From a virus (Duplodnaviria; Heunggongvirae; Uroviricota; Caudoviricetes): 19,782 nt of DNA. The position numbers and the translations under genes are program-made. This document shows, piece after piece, positions 1 through 7,664 of this stretch; positions within the stretch are counted from its first letter, which is position 1; each line of letters starts with the position of its first letter. Location: positions 1-19,782 of IMG/VR virus record IMGVR_UViG_2711768053_000018, one strand, 5' to 3'. Under the pieces are notes generated by a model that saw only the letters and a list, made by a program, of their open reading frames with translations, did no database searches and was not told the DNA's origin.

Positions 1-57
1 CACCGCCGCCCCGCCGAGCGCCACAGCCGTGCCGGAACCGGATAAGGGTTCAGACAT
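1..57 (-). CDS. N-terminal fragment (19 codons in window) of an unknown protein continuing past the left edge
   Basis: ATG at 57..55 preceded by GGAG 8 nt upstream on the minus strand; reads MSEPLSGSGTAVALGGAAV. Too short to assign; its position downstream of the late region would fit a lysis gene, but that is speculation. Confidence 0.3.
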   Translation of the reverse strand, partial: MSEPLSGSGTAVALGGAAV

Positions 58-69
58 ACTTTTTTCTCC

Positions 70-98
70 TGTAAATAAAAAAGGGCCACCAGCGGCCC
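70..98 (-). terminator. Rho-independent terminator candidate
   Basis: GC stem GGGCC/GGCCC (83-87 / 94-98) with a 6-nt loop, followed on the minus strand by TTTTTTATTT. Confidence 0.45.
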
Positions 99-376
99 GT
101 AAAAAACACCCCGTCAAAAGCACCGGCATCCGCAGATGCCCTTTGCGTGGCGTTATTTGATGCGCACCAGATGTGGCGCAAAGAAATGAAATAAGACTTA
201 TCGGAAATTAAGGTTAATTTGAGGATTTAAACCACTTCTGAAGCTTAGTAGTATGAACATGTCCCCGGAAGGGGGCCAATACTTATTATTCTTCATGGAC
301 TTTGTCCCGCGGTCTTAATCCGACGACCGCGCTACTTTTCACCCTCTCGCAAATTGCTATCCAAAGGACGTTGTCC

Positions 377-409
377 CACGAGTATTCCTGGATGCTCGTG
401 TCTTTTTTT
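377..409 (+). terminator. Rho-independent terminator candidate (plus strand)
   Basis: Stem CACGAG/CTCGTG (377-382 / 395-400), extendable by two pairs, followed by TCTTTTTTT (401-409). Confidence 0.4.
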
Positions 410-423
410 GTCCTGAGAAAGGA

Positions 424-450
424 ATAAAAAAAACCGCCAGATATGGCGGT
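424..450 (-). terminator. Rho-independent terminator
   Basis: Perfect 7-bp stem ACCGCCA/TGGCGGT (433-439 / 444-450) with a 4-nt loop, followed on the minus strand by a run of eight T. Confidence 0.55.
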
Positions 451-814
451 TGGTCAATGCAAGGGATGAATTTTTTAATTGTTATTAAACCGAGGCGTCG
501 GGTGCCTCCCGAAGTATTCCGTGCTGTATGGATACTGTGGTTTCCCGCTAAACCGACTCTTTAAACCACCCTCGCACTGAGGAGCGCCTCTATGGTGCGA
601 TTTACAACACCAGAATGATGCATCACCGACCCTGCCAGGAAATACAAAATCTCCACCGATAATGCACCATTCTGCTGCCGTAAAAAAATCAGCACTGAGG
701 CTACACCCGGCCTCAAATCATAGCCAGAGAACAGAATGCTTTTTCAAAACAACCTGCTCCCACGTAATAAAAAATACGCCAGTGCCGCAATACAATAAGG
801 CTTGTTTCAAATGC

Positions 815-889
<75 letters not shown>

Positions 890-892
890 ATA

Positions 893-968
<76 letters not shown>

Positions 969-1204
969 ATTGGTTCTTCAGGGGAGCGATATCACCGAGC
1001 AAAGAAGAGTTCCCCCTCAGAACCGTTTTCGATGATACGATTTAATATTCCAATCGCAACAACACTTTGCGTCAAGTTATGTAAATTTATTTATATGTTT
1101 TTATTTTATGTGAATAATTCACTTTCACTTAAAATATACATGACAATATATAAACAAATTTATTTTGAAGGAGATTATTAAATGTCGTTTCTTATATAAC
1201 ACCG

Positions 1205-1235
1205 CAGAAACAACAAAACCCGCTCGATGGCGGGT
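1205..1235 (-). terminator. Rho-independent terminator candidate (tR'-like position downstream of the Q-like gene)
   Basis: Stem ACCCGC/GCGGGT (1218-1223 / 1230-1235) with a 6-nt loop, followed on the minus strand by TTTGTTGTTTCT. Sits about 100 nt downstream of the 1333..1869 gene in an AT-rich region. Confidence 0.4.
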
Positions 1236-1332
1236 TCTATTAAAGTTCAATTGCGCTTGATTCGCCTCGCGATACAGCTTTGCGAAGCGTACCAAAATTG
1301 AAGCAGTTTGTGGCTCATTTTGCAATGATTTT

Positions 1333-1869
1333 TTAAGCATAATCGAACGCTTCTCTCATAGGTGAATACAAAATGAACTCAGCAACACGCAACCACTGCT
1401 CAACACGACGTCGGCATGTAATCAACGCCCACTCTGGGTACTGTTCGTTTAATAACTCTGCCATCCTTCTCTTACTCATCCCTCGCCCCACATAACGCTG
1501 ACTCAGGACATTTAGTAGTCCTGGATGATCCGCCAGAACTTCACCTATAACACTATCAATTTTTAGTGCCTCTGCATCAGTGCAGTGAGTTAACCAGCTT
1601 TTTTGCTTTCCTTCGATCATCTCACGCAAAAATGCTTCCAACTCTGGTTTATCAATTCCCGCTTTTTTCAATCTGCGCAGGGCTTCATTGATGGCTGTTT
1701 TTGTCATTTTTTGGGATGCCAGCAACTGGTTAAACATATTCCCTGACCTGCCGCCGCCAATATACGACCAGCGCCCCCACATACGTAGTTTTCCCTGAAT
1801 CCAGACACTTTCCAGCGTGGTGAGACGAAGGTGTTCTCCGCTTTTTCCTGTATTCGTTGGGTAAATCAT
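1333..1869 (-). CDS. Putative late-gene regulator (Q-like antiterminator candidate)
   Basis: Start placed at the internal ATG 1869 (MIYPTNTGKSG...) because it overlaps the upstream stop as TCATGA-type coupling. The assignment is positional: last gene before an AT-rich promoter/terminator region and the tRNAs. A C-terminal segment (GMSKRRMAELL) is HTH-like. Family not recognised with certainty. Confidence 0.4.
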   Translation of the reverse strand: MIYPTNTGKSGEHLRLTTLESVWIQGKLRMWGRWSYIGGGRSGNMFNQLLASQKMTKTAINEALRRLKKAGIDKPELEAFLREMIEGKQKSWLTHCTDAEALKIDSVIGEVLADHPGLLNVLSQRYVGRGMSKRRMAELLNEQYPEWALITCRRRVEQWLRVAEFILYSPMREAFDYA

Positions 1870-2156
1870 AAATATCCCTCCTTTCTCCAGATTTCTTGTG
1901 TGCGAAAAACACCTTCTGCATGCATCAGGCGTAATTCTTCTTTGGTGTAATCGCTGGTTTTTACCCGCCCGTCGATTAAATCGTGGCACGAGCTACAGGC
2001 AATCGCTGCCTGCATATTGTGTGGCTTTATCGCTGTTCCGCACGTTCCCGCCAGTCGGTAATGCGCCAGCACAGACGTTTCCGGATCGTGATTGCAGTAG
2101 CCAGGAATTCTGACGGTGCACATCTGCCCCCGCGTCGCTTTACGTAAGTCCACCAT
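1866..2156 (-). CDS. YbcO-like Cys-rich protein (DUF1364-like, putative nuclease)
   Basis: 96 aa, MVDLRKATRGQMCTVRIPGYCNHDPETSVLAH...IACSSCHD; resembles DLP12 YbcO from memory. Start overlaps the upstream stop (TAATG). Confidence 0.65.
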   Translation of the reverse strand: MVDLRKATRGQMCTVRIPGYCNHDPETSVLAHYRLAGTCGTAIKPHNMQAAIACSSCHDLIDGRVKTSDYTKEELRLMHAEGVFRTQEIWRKEGYL

Positions 2157-2755
2157 TACGCAAACTCCAGCAGCTGCGCGGCCACATTTTCGACTTGTTC
2201 CGGAGAGGAAAATTTACGGAACAGAATCCAGTTCCACAGCACATTCAGTACAGATTTATAAACCTGCTGAAACACGGTTTCGTCCATATTCGCAAACGCG
2301 ATAGATTTCGCCCGACGCCCACGGCTACCATCAGGATAAAGATGCTCGGTGTAAAATCCGGCCTGAATGGTTACCCACTCGCGGAAAGCCTCAAACGATT
2401 TTAGCAATGCCGTATCCCGGGTTCTGCGTGTCGCAACTGTATTTAGATATTGCTCTGCGGCATCACTCAGGGCTGGTGTGTGTTCCCGACCAACTGATTC
2501 GCACAGGTAATCCACGAAACCAGACAGCAGTTCTCGTTCGCGAGGCGTGATCGCCCCACCGACCGGAGTCCAGTAATCGAATCCCAGTTGCAGGAGTTTG
2601 AAAAAACGCTTGTGGAATGCGTAGTTACGCACACGCTTAAAGTCTGCGTGTATCCACTCACCTATTTTGATTTGATGCAGAAAATCGCAACTCTCCGGCG
2701 TCGCCGGGAGAAGTAAACCAGAAGAGGTTTGTTTGACCAGTTGTATATGCGCCAT
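2156..2755 (-). CDS. nin-region phage protein (DUF1367-like)
   Basis: 199-aa ORF translationally coupled to the downstream YbcO-like gene; family assignment from memory only. Confidence 0.5.
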   Translation of the reverse strand: MAHIQLVKQTSSGLLLPATPESCDFLHQIKIGEWIHADFKRVRNYAFHKRFFKLLQLGFDYWTPVGGAITPRERELLSGFVDYLCESVGREHTPALSDAAEQYLNTVATRRTRDTALLKSFEAFREWVTIQAGFYTEHLYPDGSRGRRAKSIAFANMDETVFQQVYKSVLNVLWNWILFRKFSSPEQVENVAAQLLEFA

Positions 2756-3028
2756 TTCTCAATCTCTCGATGGCGCAGTGCAGCAGATGCCAGTTGTTCA
2801 GGCTGACGTATAAAGTATAAATAAACTGATTCCAGTGTAAAGCCCCCACATTGATGGAATAAAAACCAAACAACAAATTGCTGGGATAAAAACAACGCTT
2901 ATTATTAAAAGCGGTTAAACAAATTAAATTTTAATGTTATGCAAATCTGCCAGATCACCATAATATCTCATTTGAAAACCGCTGAAATAACAACCCTATC
3001 AGGATTAATCATATTAAGGTGAGTAAAT

Positions 3029-3115
3029 ATGGAAAACAACAAATCTGCACATTACGTTCCTTTTTTATCTGTAATACTTTTTGTTTTATGCTGTGCGTGG
3101 GCATTATTTTTATAA
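3029..3115 (+). CDS. 28-aa hydrophobic small protein candidate (MENNKSAHYVPFLSVILFVLCCAWALFL)
   Basis: ATG at 3029 preceded by AAGGTGAG with 5-nt spacing; polar N-terminus then about 19 hydrophobic residues; followed by a hairpin at 3137-3152. Below the 60-aa track cutoff. Confidence 0.3.
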   Translation: MENNKSAHYVPFLSVILFVLCCAWALFL

Positions 3116-3135
3116 AAATATTCACAGATAAAATA

Positions 3136-3153
3136 TACCCGCCGAAGCGGGTT
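3136..3153. terminator. Bidirectional terminator candidate between the convergent small ORF and the ATPase/TOPRIM cassette
   Basis: Stem ACCCGC/GCGGGT with loop CGAA (3137-3152), T-rich on the plus side and A/T-rich on the minus side. A second hairpin GCCTGAT/ATCAGGC lies at 3175-3197. Confidence 0.35.
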
Positions 3154-3218
3154 TAGTGCGGGTGCGTTGAGGATGCCTGATAAAGCTTACATCAGGCCGA
3201 TTTCACTGATTTCAGACC

Positions 3219-3752
3219 TTATTCCACCAAGCGGAAATGCCTAGCAAAATTTGACTTCATATCCGCAACAGGCTTTAACGCATCGTGTAGCCCCCGGGAA
3301 AACCACAGATGCTCTCGAATCCCCAGCTTAATTAATTTACCCAGCGAATCATTACATGCTATAAAATCCCTTTTAAAATCATTAATTCCGGATGTTTTCC
3401 TTCCGCAAAAACAATAAATCAACTGAGGAATGGATTTATTGCAGCACCAGCTCAATTCTTCTTCAAAATTACTTGTTTGCTGAAACAAATATATCCGATG
3501 CCCTCTGGAACGTAAAAATTTCACGTTTTCTATAAATCTTGCCGATTGCTCAACCTGATCTGAATCAAACACAACAAATATATCACTACCCTTTGGTATT
3601 GCCATCGCATACCTATGTATCCGATCCTGCCAGAAATTCTTCTTAACAACATCCTTCACAGCAATAATCTTATCTCTCTTCATTTTTTTGAACAGAGATA
3701 ATTCTGTTTCACCTTCAACGAAAACGATTGTAACTGTTGCTCTTGCTGCCAT
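3219..3752 (-). CDS. Small TOPRIM-like (OLD-type) nuclease-domain protein, partner of the upstream ATPase
   Basis: 177 aa. N-terminal IVFVEGETE (conserved Glu of TOPRIM strand 1) and VVFDSD (DxD motif). Start ATG lies 1 nt after the ATPase stop (TAAaATG). AT-rich by eye. Confidence 0.6.
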   Translation of the reverse strand: MAARATVTIVFVEGETELSLFKKMKRDKIIAVKDVVKKNFWQDRIHRYAMAIPKGSDIFVVFDSDQVEQSARFIENVKFLRSRGHRIYLFQQTSNFEEELSWCCNKSIPQLIYCFCGRKTSGINDFKRDFIACNDSLGKLIKLGIREHLWFSRGLHDALKPVADMKSNFARHFRLVE

Positions 3753-3753
3753 T

Positions 3754-4950
3754 TTAAAGCAACTCCGAAACTAAAGACATATCAGGCATAACGCCAAAGA
3801 TATCCCGTGCAACTGCACTTCGTATACTCCTGTCGTTTTTTTTCAGGAGTGAGCCTGCTTCAATGAACTCAGTGCAATCATTATCCTTTTTGAGAAAAAT
3901 GAACGAATGAACAGGCAAGTCAAGCTCAAAAATATCCATATTATGTGTGGTGTAGAAAAACTGAGTGTTTTCCTTAAGCCTAGAAATAATCAGCGTAACG
4001 ATTATCCGCTCCAGTTCTGAATGAGAGTAGGCTAACTTCTCATCAAGGTAATAGGTCATTGACGGAATGTTGGAGCACACACCAAGTTCTTCACAATCAG
4101 AGATTATCGCACTGACAAAATGAGCTATTGTGACAGCATCGAAGGTGCCCCGTGACATACGATCTGAGTTCGTTATGTCGCCTTTACTTGTTACGATTGA
4201 ATAATCCTTGTTTTTAAACCTTATCAAATAAACCTTGGTGGGATTTTTGCCTTCCGACTCAGGTTCAGTCATCTCAACGACGCCAACAATACTTGAATCA
4301 AAAGTGCGAATTATTCTTTCAAGAATATCTTTATTCATTCTTGAAATTTCAGCTGTACTTTCTTGAATCCCTGACAACTGGTAATACCACCCCCCCGAAA
4401 AAATAACGCTCTTGAAGGGTTCGAGAGTAACAGTATTACCATCAGAATAACTCTCATGAAAATAATATTCAGCAGAGGTTGGAGCCCCCGCAGAAAATAG
4501 TTTGTTTAGCTTTTCTGTTGTTTTAAAACAGGAGTCATTTATGTTTATTTTCACATAACCATATTTCACTTCTTTAACAAAAAGTGCACCTGTTTCATTT
4601 GCAGCAAAGCGAACATACAACCTGTGATGCAAGAAGTTCTCTGTCGCAAAATCCACTTCAAAGGAGGCATCCTGATCCCTGTGGTTAAGTCGCAGACTGG
4701 AGCGCAGCTCTTTGGTTCTGATAAAAACCTGAATCCCACACAATATTCTGCCCAGAGAGGTTTTCCCGGAAGCGTTCCCTCCAGTAATGATACAGACTTT
4801 CTTATAATAAAATTTAGGTCTGCCCGCCAGATGCTCACCCTCAAGCGGTATATTCACCTGCTTCTTGGGGTATGAAAGATTCAGTTCTGCGTTGCAGAAT
4901 GCATACAGATTTACAAGTTTTATGCGCGTGAAAATCATTTTTTCTTCCAT
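3754..4950 (-). CDS. ABC-type (AAA_21-like) ATPase of a candidate defence module
   Basis: 398 aa. Walker A ITGGNASGKTSLGRIL, Walker B-like YYLDE, H-loop FFYTTHNMD. An alternative start at 4938 (MIFTRIK) has a better-spaced GGAAG. Upstream minus-strand promoter candidate TTGTTG-17-GATAAT (plus 5000-4995 / 4977-4972). AT-rich relative to neighbours by eye. Confidence 0.8.
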   Translation of the reverse strand: MEEKMIFTRIKLVNLYAFCNAELNLSYPKKQVNIPLEGEHLAGRPKFYYKKVCIITGGNASGKTSLGRILCGIQVFIRTKELRSSLRLNHRDQDASFEVDFATENFLHHRLYVRFAANETGALFVKEVKYGYVKININDSCFKTTEKLNKLFSAGAPTSAEYYFHESYSDGNTVTLEPFKSVIFSGGWYYQLSGIQESTAEISRMNKDILERIIRTFDSSIVGVVEMTEPESEGKNPTKVYLIRFKNKDYSIVTSKGDITNSDRMSRGTFDAVTIAHFVSAIISDCEELGVCSNIPSMTYYLDEKLAYSHSELERIIVTLIISRLKENTQFFYTTHNMDIFELDLPVHSFIFLKKDNDCTEFIEAGSLLKKNDRSIRSAVARDIFGVMPDMSLVSELL

Positions 4951-5043
4951 GTTTTGGAACTAATGTTGAGTATTATCCAGAAAATCAATAACGTCAACAA
5001 AATTTACCGGGGACTTACCCCCGATCCTGTTTGGCTCGGAAAT

Positions 5044-5127
5044 TTATCCCCAGCGGCAAATCGAATACACCACCAGCGCCACCGCCATCGCAATTCCTAC
5101 CGTGGTGAATGCCTCAGGCCAAGTCAT
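5044..5127 (-). CDS. 27-aa hydrophobic small ORF candidate (MTWPEAFTTVGIAMAVALVVYSICRWG)
   Basis: ATG overlaps the stop of the DUF551 gene (ATGA) and is preceded by GGAGGTGA at 5-nt spacing; followed by a hairpin at about 5006-5023. Confidence 0.3.
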   Translation of the reverse strand: MTWPEAFTTVGIAMAVALVVYSICRWG

Positions 5128-5615
5128 TGATTCACCTCCTGCGGTGGTTCCGGTAGCGGCATCCAGTGTGATGGTATCCACGACGCACTAGGTATTACCC
5201 ACCCATCATTAGCGTCAGGATGCCCCGGGATGTAAGTCGCCCATTTCATTCTCCAGTCACCTTTCCTGTCAAACTCCCTGGCAACAAGAACGGCTGTTTT
5301 GCTATCTGGCATTCGCTCACTACAGCTTATCCAACCATCTGGAGCTACCGTCGCTGGCGGGGCGGTGTAAAGTGGAACAACTCGCCCTCCCCATTGCTTA
5401 ACACTACTCTCAGCGAACACTAAATGCTCAGTCCGATAATACCCAGGGGCATCAATATCTTTTCTTTCACTATCCCACATGTAAACCACCGGTTCAGCTT
5501 CCAGCGAGGCTAACGCTATTTCATAAGCCCGGCGCTCAATATTGTCTCGCACGTCTAGGCTGCCTATGCGCTCTTTGATTTCTTTAATCAGTTCTTTGTC
5601 GGTGAAAGTTGTCAT
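5124..5615 (-). CDS. DUF551-like phage protein
   Basis: 163 aa with C-terminal WISCSERMPD...WMPLPEPP, recalled as typical of DUF551 proteins in lambdoid nin regions. Confidence 0.65.
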   Translation of the reverse strand: MTTFTDKELIKEIKERIGSLDVRDNIERRAYEIALASLEAEPVVYMWDSERKDIDAPGYYRTEHLVFAESSVKQWGGRVVPLYTAPPATVAPDGWISCSERMPDSKTAVLVAREFDRKGDWRMKWATYIPGHPDANDGWVIPSASWIPSHWMPLPEPPQEVNQ

Positions 5616-5618
5616 GTG

Positions 5619-5906
5619 TTAGTCCTCATCCACTTCAACGCCATCTTTCAGCGTGATGCCGTGCCAATCATCAGCCCAACTGGTTAGCCCTGGCGCATCA
5701 ATGCTAGGCATATAGACGCTTGCAGTGTGGTAGCCCTTATCGTTATCAATGCTGGCAACGTGCTCGCCGTTGTATGCGCTCAGCGTGTCCAGGACGCTAT
5801 AAAACTTTCCTCCGGCTGCCCTGAAATCCTTTACAGCCTTCACAAGGCGATTCCACGCTTTTTCCTGTTCTGGCGTCAGGTCGATTAATTCCTGCAAAGT
5901 TGCCAT
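5619..5906 (-). CDS. Hypothetical phage protein
   Basis: Start set at the internal ATG 5906 (MATLQEL...) preceded by AAGGAG at 6-nt spacing. The track ORF extends to 5927. Confidence 0.55.
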   Translation of the reverse strand: MATLQELIDLTPEQEKAWNRLVKAVKDFRAAGGKFYSVLDTLSAYNGEHVASIDNDKGYHTASVYMPSIDAPGLTSWADDWHGITLKDGVEVDED

Positions 5907-5907
5907 A

Positions 5908-6420
5908 TCACTCTCCTTTGATGCCAATGTTTACAGCTTGGCAAGCCTCTTTGAGCACCCAGTCAATAGCGTCTTTCCATGCTCCGGTTTCGGCTGGCGG
6001 ATTCTCACGCTTTACCAGTTCATAGAAGCGCACTGCTTTAATCAATCCTTCTGGTGTCAGTGGCACAGGTGGAGCGGTGAATAACGCCTGAATTTCATAG
6101 TTCGGTCTGTCGTTGCAATCCTCTTTTGTCGGTACATATTTCCAGTCACCAACCCACGGCTCCCCCTGTGAGTCCGTAATGCCTTTTTTCACGTAGCGAT
6201 ATCGCCACGCTGTCGGCTCTGCTTCCAGCAATGCCAGCACAATTCGTGCCAGCTCACGCACTACTTCCGGGGGAGCGTAACGGTCATTCAGGTCATCCCA
6301 CAGGCGTAGCATGTTATCGCTACCAGGGTGAACATCCTCGTTAGTTCCGGCAAGCGCACTAATAACCTCATCGGCTGCCTCAATAATTTTCAGAGCTTGT
6401 TCTCTGGTAATAGTGGTCAT
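5908..6420 (-). CDS. Hypothetical phage protein
   Basis: 170-aa ORF in the coupled minus-strand gene run; start overlaps the upstream stop (ATGA at 6417-6420). Confidence 0.6.
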   Translation of the reverse strand: MTTITREQALKIIEAADEVISALAGTNEDVHPGSDNMLRLWDDLNDRYAPPEVVRELARIVLALLEAEPTAWRYRYVKKGITDSQGEPWVGDWKYVPTKEDCNDRPNYEIQALFTAPPVPLTPEGLIKAVRFYELVKRENPPAETGAWKDAIDWVLKEACQAVNIGIKGE

Positions 6421-6626
6421 TTGTTAACCCTCAAAACTTTATGCCCGGGCGCAAAAGCACGCGTTTTGTCTTTACTTATTCGCCACCCGTCTTTACGGGC
6501 CTCTTTTGCACAACCAGACCATGACGTACCGATATACTCACCGAAGTCTGGCACTGGATATACACCTTCCGTACACTGGCGGCAGTCACAATAGAGATGC
6601 ATGGTGTAACTTGCGGCAATAGCCAT
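6417..6626 (-). CDS. Hypothetical Cys-rich small protein
   Basis: 69 aa with YCDCRQC...SGC; AAGGAG RBS at 6-nt spacing, identical in sequence to the RBS of the gene at 5906. Confidence 0.55.
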   Translation of the reverse strand: MAIAASYTMHLYCDCRQCTEGVYPVPDFGEYIGTSWSGCAKEARKDGWRISKDKTRAFAPGHKVLRVNK

Positions 6627-6627
6627 A

Positions 6628-6816
6628 TCACTCTCCTTTAGTACGCAAGTGGTTTTTCCAGCGGTTTTGCGCCGCGCTGGGCTTGTTAAGAGAACACATC
6701 ACGATATCAGCCGTGTTTGTGAACAGCCCCATTCTGCGGTTACTGAGTTTTAACCATTGCTGGACGCCGCGAATGTTTCTACAGGTCAAAAGAATTTTTG
6801 CTTTACGGTTTTTCAT
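6628..6816 (-). CDS. Hypothetical basic small protein
   Basis: 62-aa K/R-rich ORF with GGAG about 9 nt upstream; weak support. Confidence 0.35.
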   Translation of the reverse strand: MKNRKAKILLTCRNIRGVQQWLKLSNRRMGLFTNTADIVMCSLNKPSAAQNRWKNHLRTKGE

Positions 6817-6878
6817 CGTTTTGTTCTCCGATTAGTTCAGCCATTTTTATTACCGCCCTTTCGGGCGGCATCCCGACA

Positions 6879-7091
6879 TTAATCGTTGTGGTAACTCATG
6901 GCTTCATTTGCAGCATCAACAGGATCAACCTCCCACCAGCAATAATTTGGGTCGGTTCCTTCAGGTGTCCACGGTTCTAATTCATTTTTTGCCACATTCT
7001 CGTCACCAGTTATTTTAAGAATCTGCTCAGAGAATTTTTTCACCCACTCGTTATATTTTTCAGTGTTAATGGTTTTCTGAATATTTGACAT
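6879..7091 (-). CDS. Hypothetical phage protein
   Basis: 70-aa ORF with a strong GGAGG RBS at 7-nt spacing. Confidence 0.6.
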   Translation of the reverse strand: MSNIQKTINTEKYNEWVKKFSEQILKITGDENVAKNELEPWTPEGTDPNYCWWEVDPVDAANEAMSYHND

Positions 7092-7175
7092 AGATATTCC
7101 TCCGGTTAAGGATTCTATTTTATTTACAGTGCTAAATTTAATTATTCAGATATACGTATCTGTAACCTTACGAAC

Positions 7176-7664
7176 CTACTCACTGGATGCCTCCTTCATA
7201 AAAAGAATCCAGTGGGTCTTGTCACCCTTTCCTGTTCGTTGACCGATAACAGGCTTTCTGTCGGTCAGTGCCAATATCTGGCGAACAGGTATTTGCGTTT
7301 CATTCCATTTAAAAATCAGAACGCCATGTGGCCACAACACACGAAAGGCTTCTTTAAATCCCTGCCGCAAATCATCACGCCAGGTATCTTTATTCAGCCG
7401 TCCATATTTCTTTCCCATCCAGGCATTATCACCAATACGCTCAAGATGCGGAGGGTCGAATACAACAACCGGAAACGATGCGTCTGCAAATGGTAATGCT
7501 CGAAAATCTGCTATCAGGTCAGGACAGATAATCAGGCGTCGTCCATCACACAATGTGTGCTCTTCTTTTCTGATATCGCTAAATATCGCCCGTTCGTCAT
7601 TCTTATCAAACCAGAACATGCGACTGCCACAGCACATGTCGAGAATGGTAGCCGACGCACTCAC
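7176..7664 (-). CDS. SAM-dependent methyltransferase, probably DNA N6-adenine (phage orphan MTase)
   Basis: 162 aa. Motif I-like LDMCCGSRMFW and motif IV DPPH (VVVFDPPH), in the order typical of amino-methyltransferases. No adjacent restriction-enzyme gene. Confidence 0.7.
   Translation of the reverse strand: MSASATILDMCCGSRMFWFDKNDERAIFSDIRKEEHTLCDGRRLIICPDLIADFRALPFADASFPVVVFDPPHLERIGDNAWMGKKYGRLNKDTWRDDLRQGFKEAFRVLWPHGVLIFKWNETQIPVRQILALTDRKPVIGQRTGKGDKTHWILFMKEASSE

Noticed and set aside
1125-1340. 71-aa minus-strand ORF spanning the AT-rich region after the Q-like gene
   Set aside because: It runs through the predicted terminator hairpin and promoter-like sequence, is low complexity, and has no convincing RBS; more likely noncoding control region.
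2116-2895. Alternative-frame ORFs overlapping the DUF1367-like and YbcO-like genes (2116..2304 +, 2195..2404 +, 2467..2661 -, 2658..2876 -, 2662..2895 -)
   Set aside because: They overlap better-supported coupled genes or the AT-rich intergenic region and lack start signals.
4566-4875. ORFs antisense or out of frame within the ATPase gene (4566..4844 -, 4624..4875 +)
   Set aside because: They are embedded in a gene with clear Walker A/B/H-loop motifs in the annotated frame.
3219-4950. Naming the ATPase/TOPRIM cassette as PARIS (AriA/AriB), AbiL or Gabija outright
   Set aside because: Only the motif-level architecture is visible; both proteins are smaller than I recall for AriA/AriB and there is no helicase gene for Gabija, so the family is left unassigned pending HMM searches.
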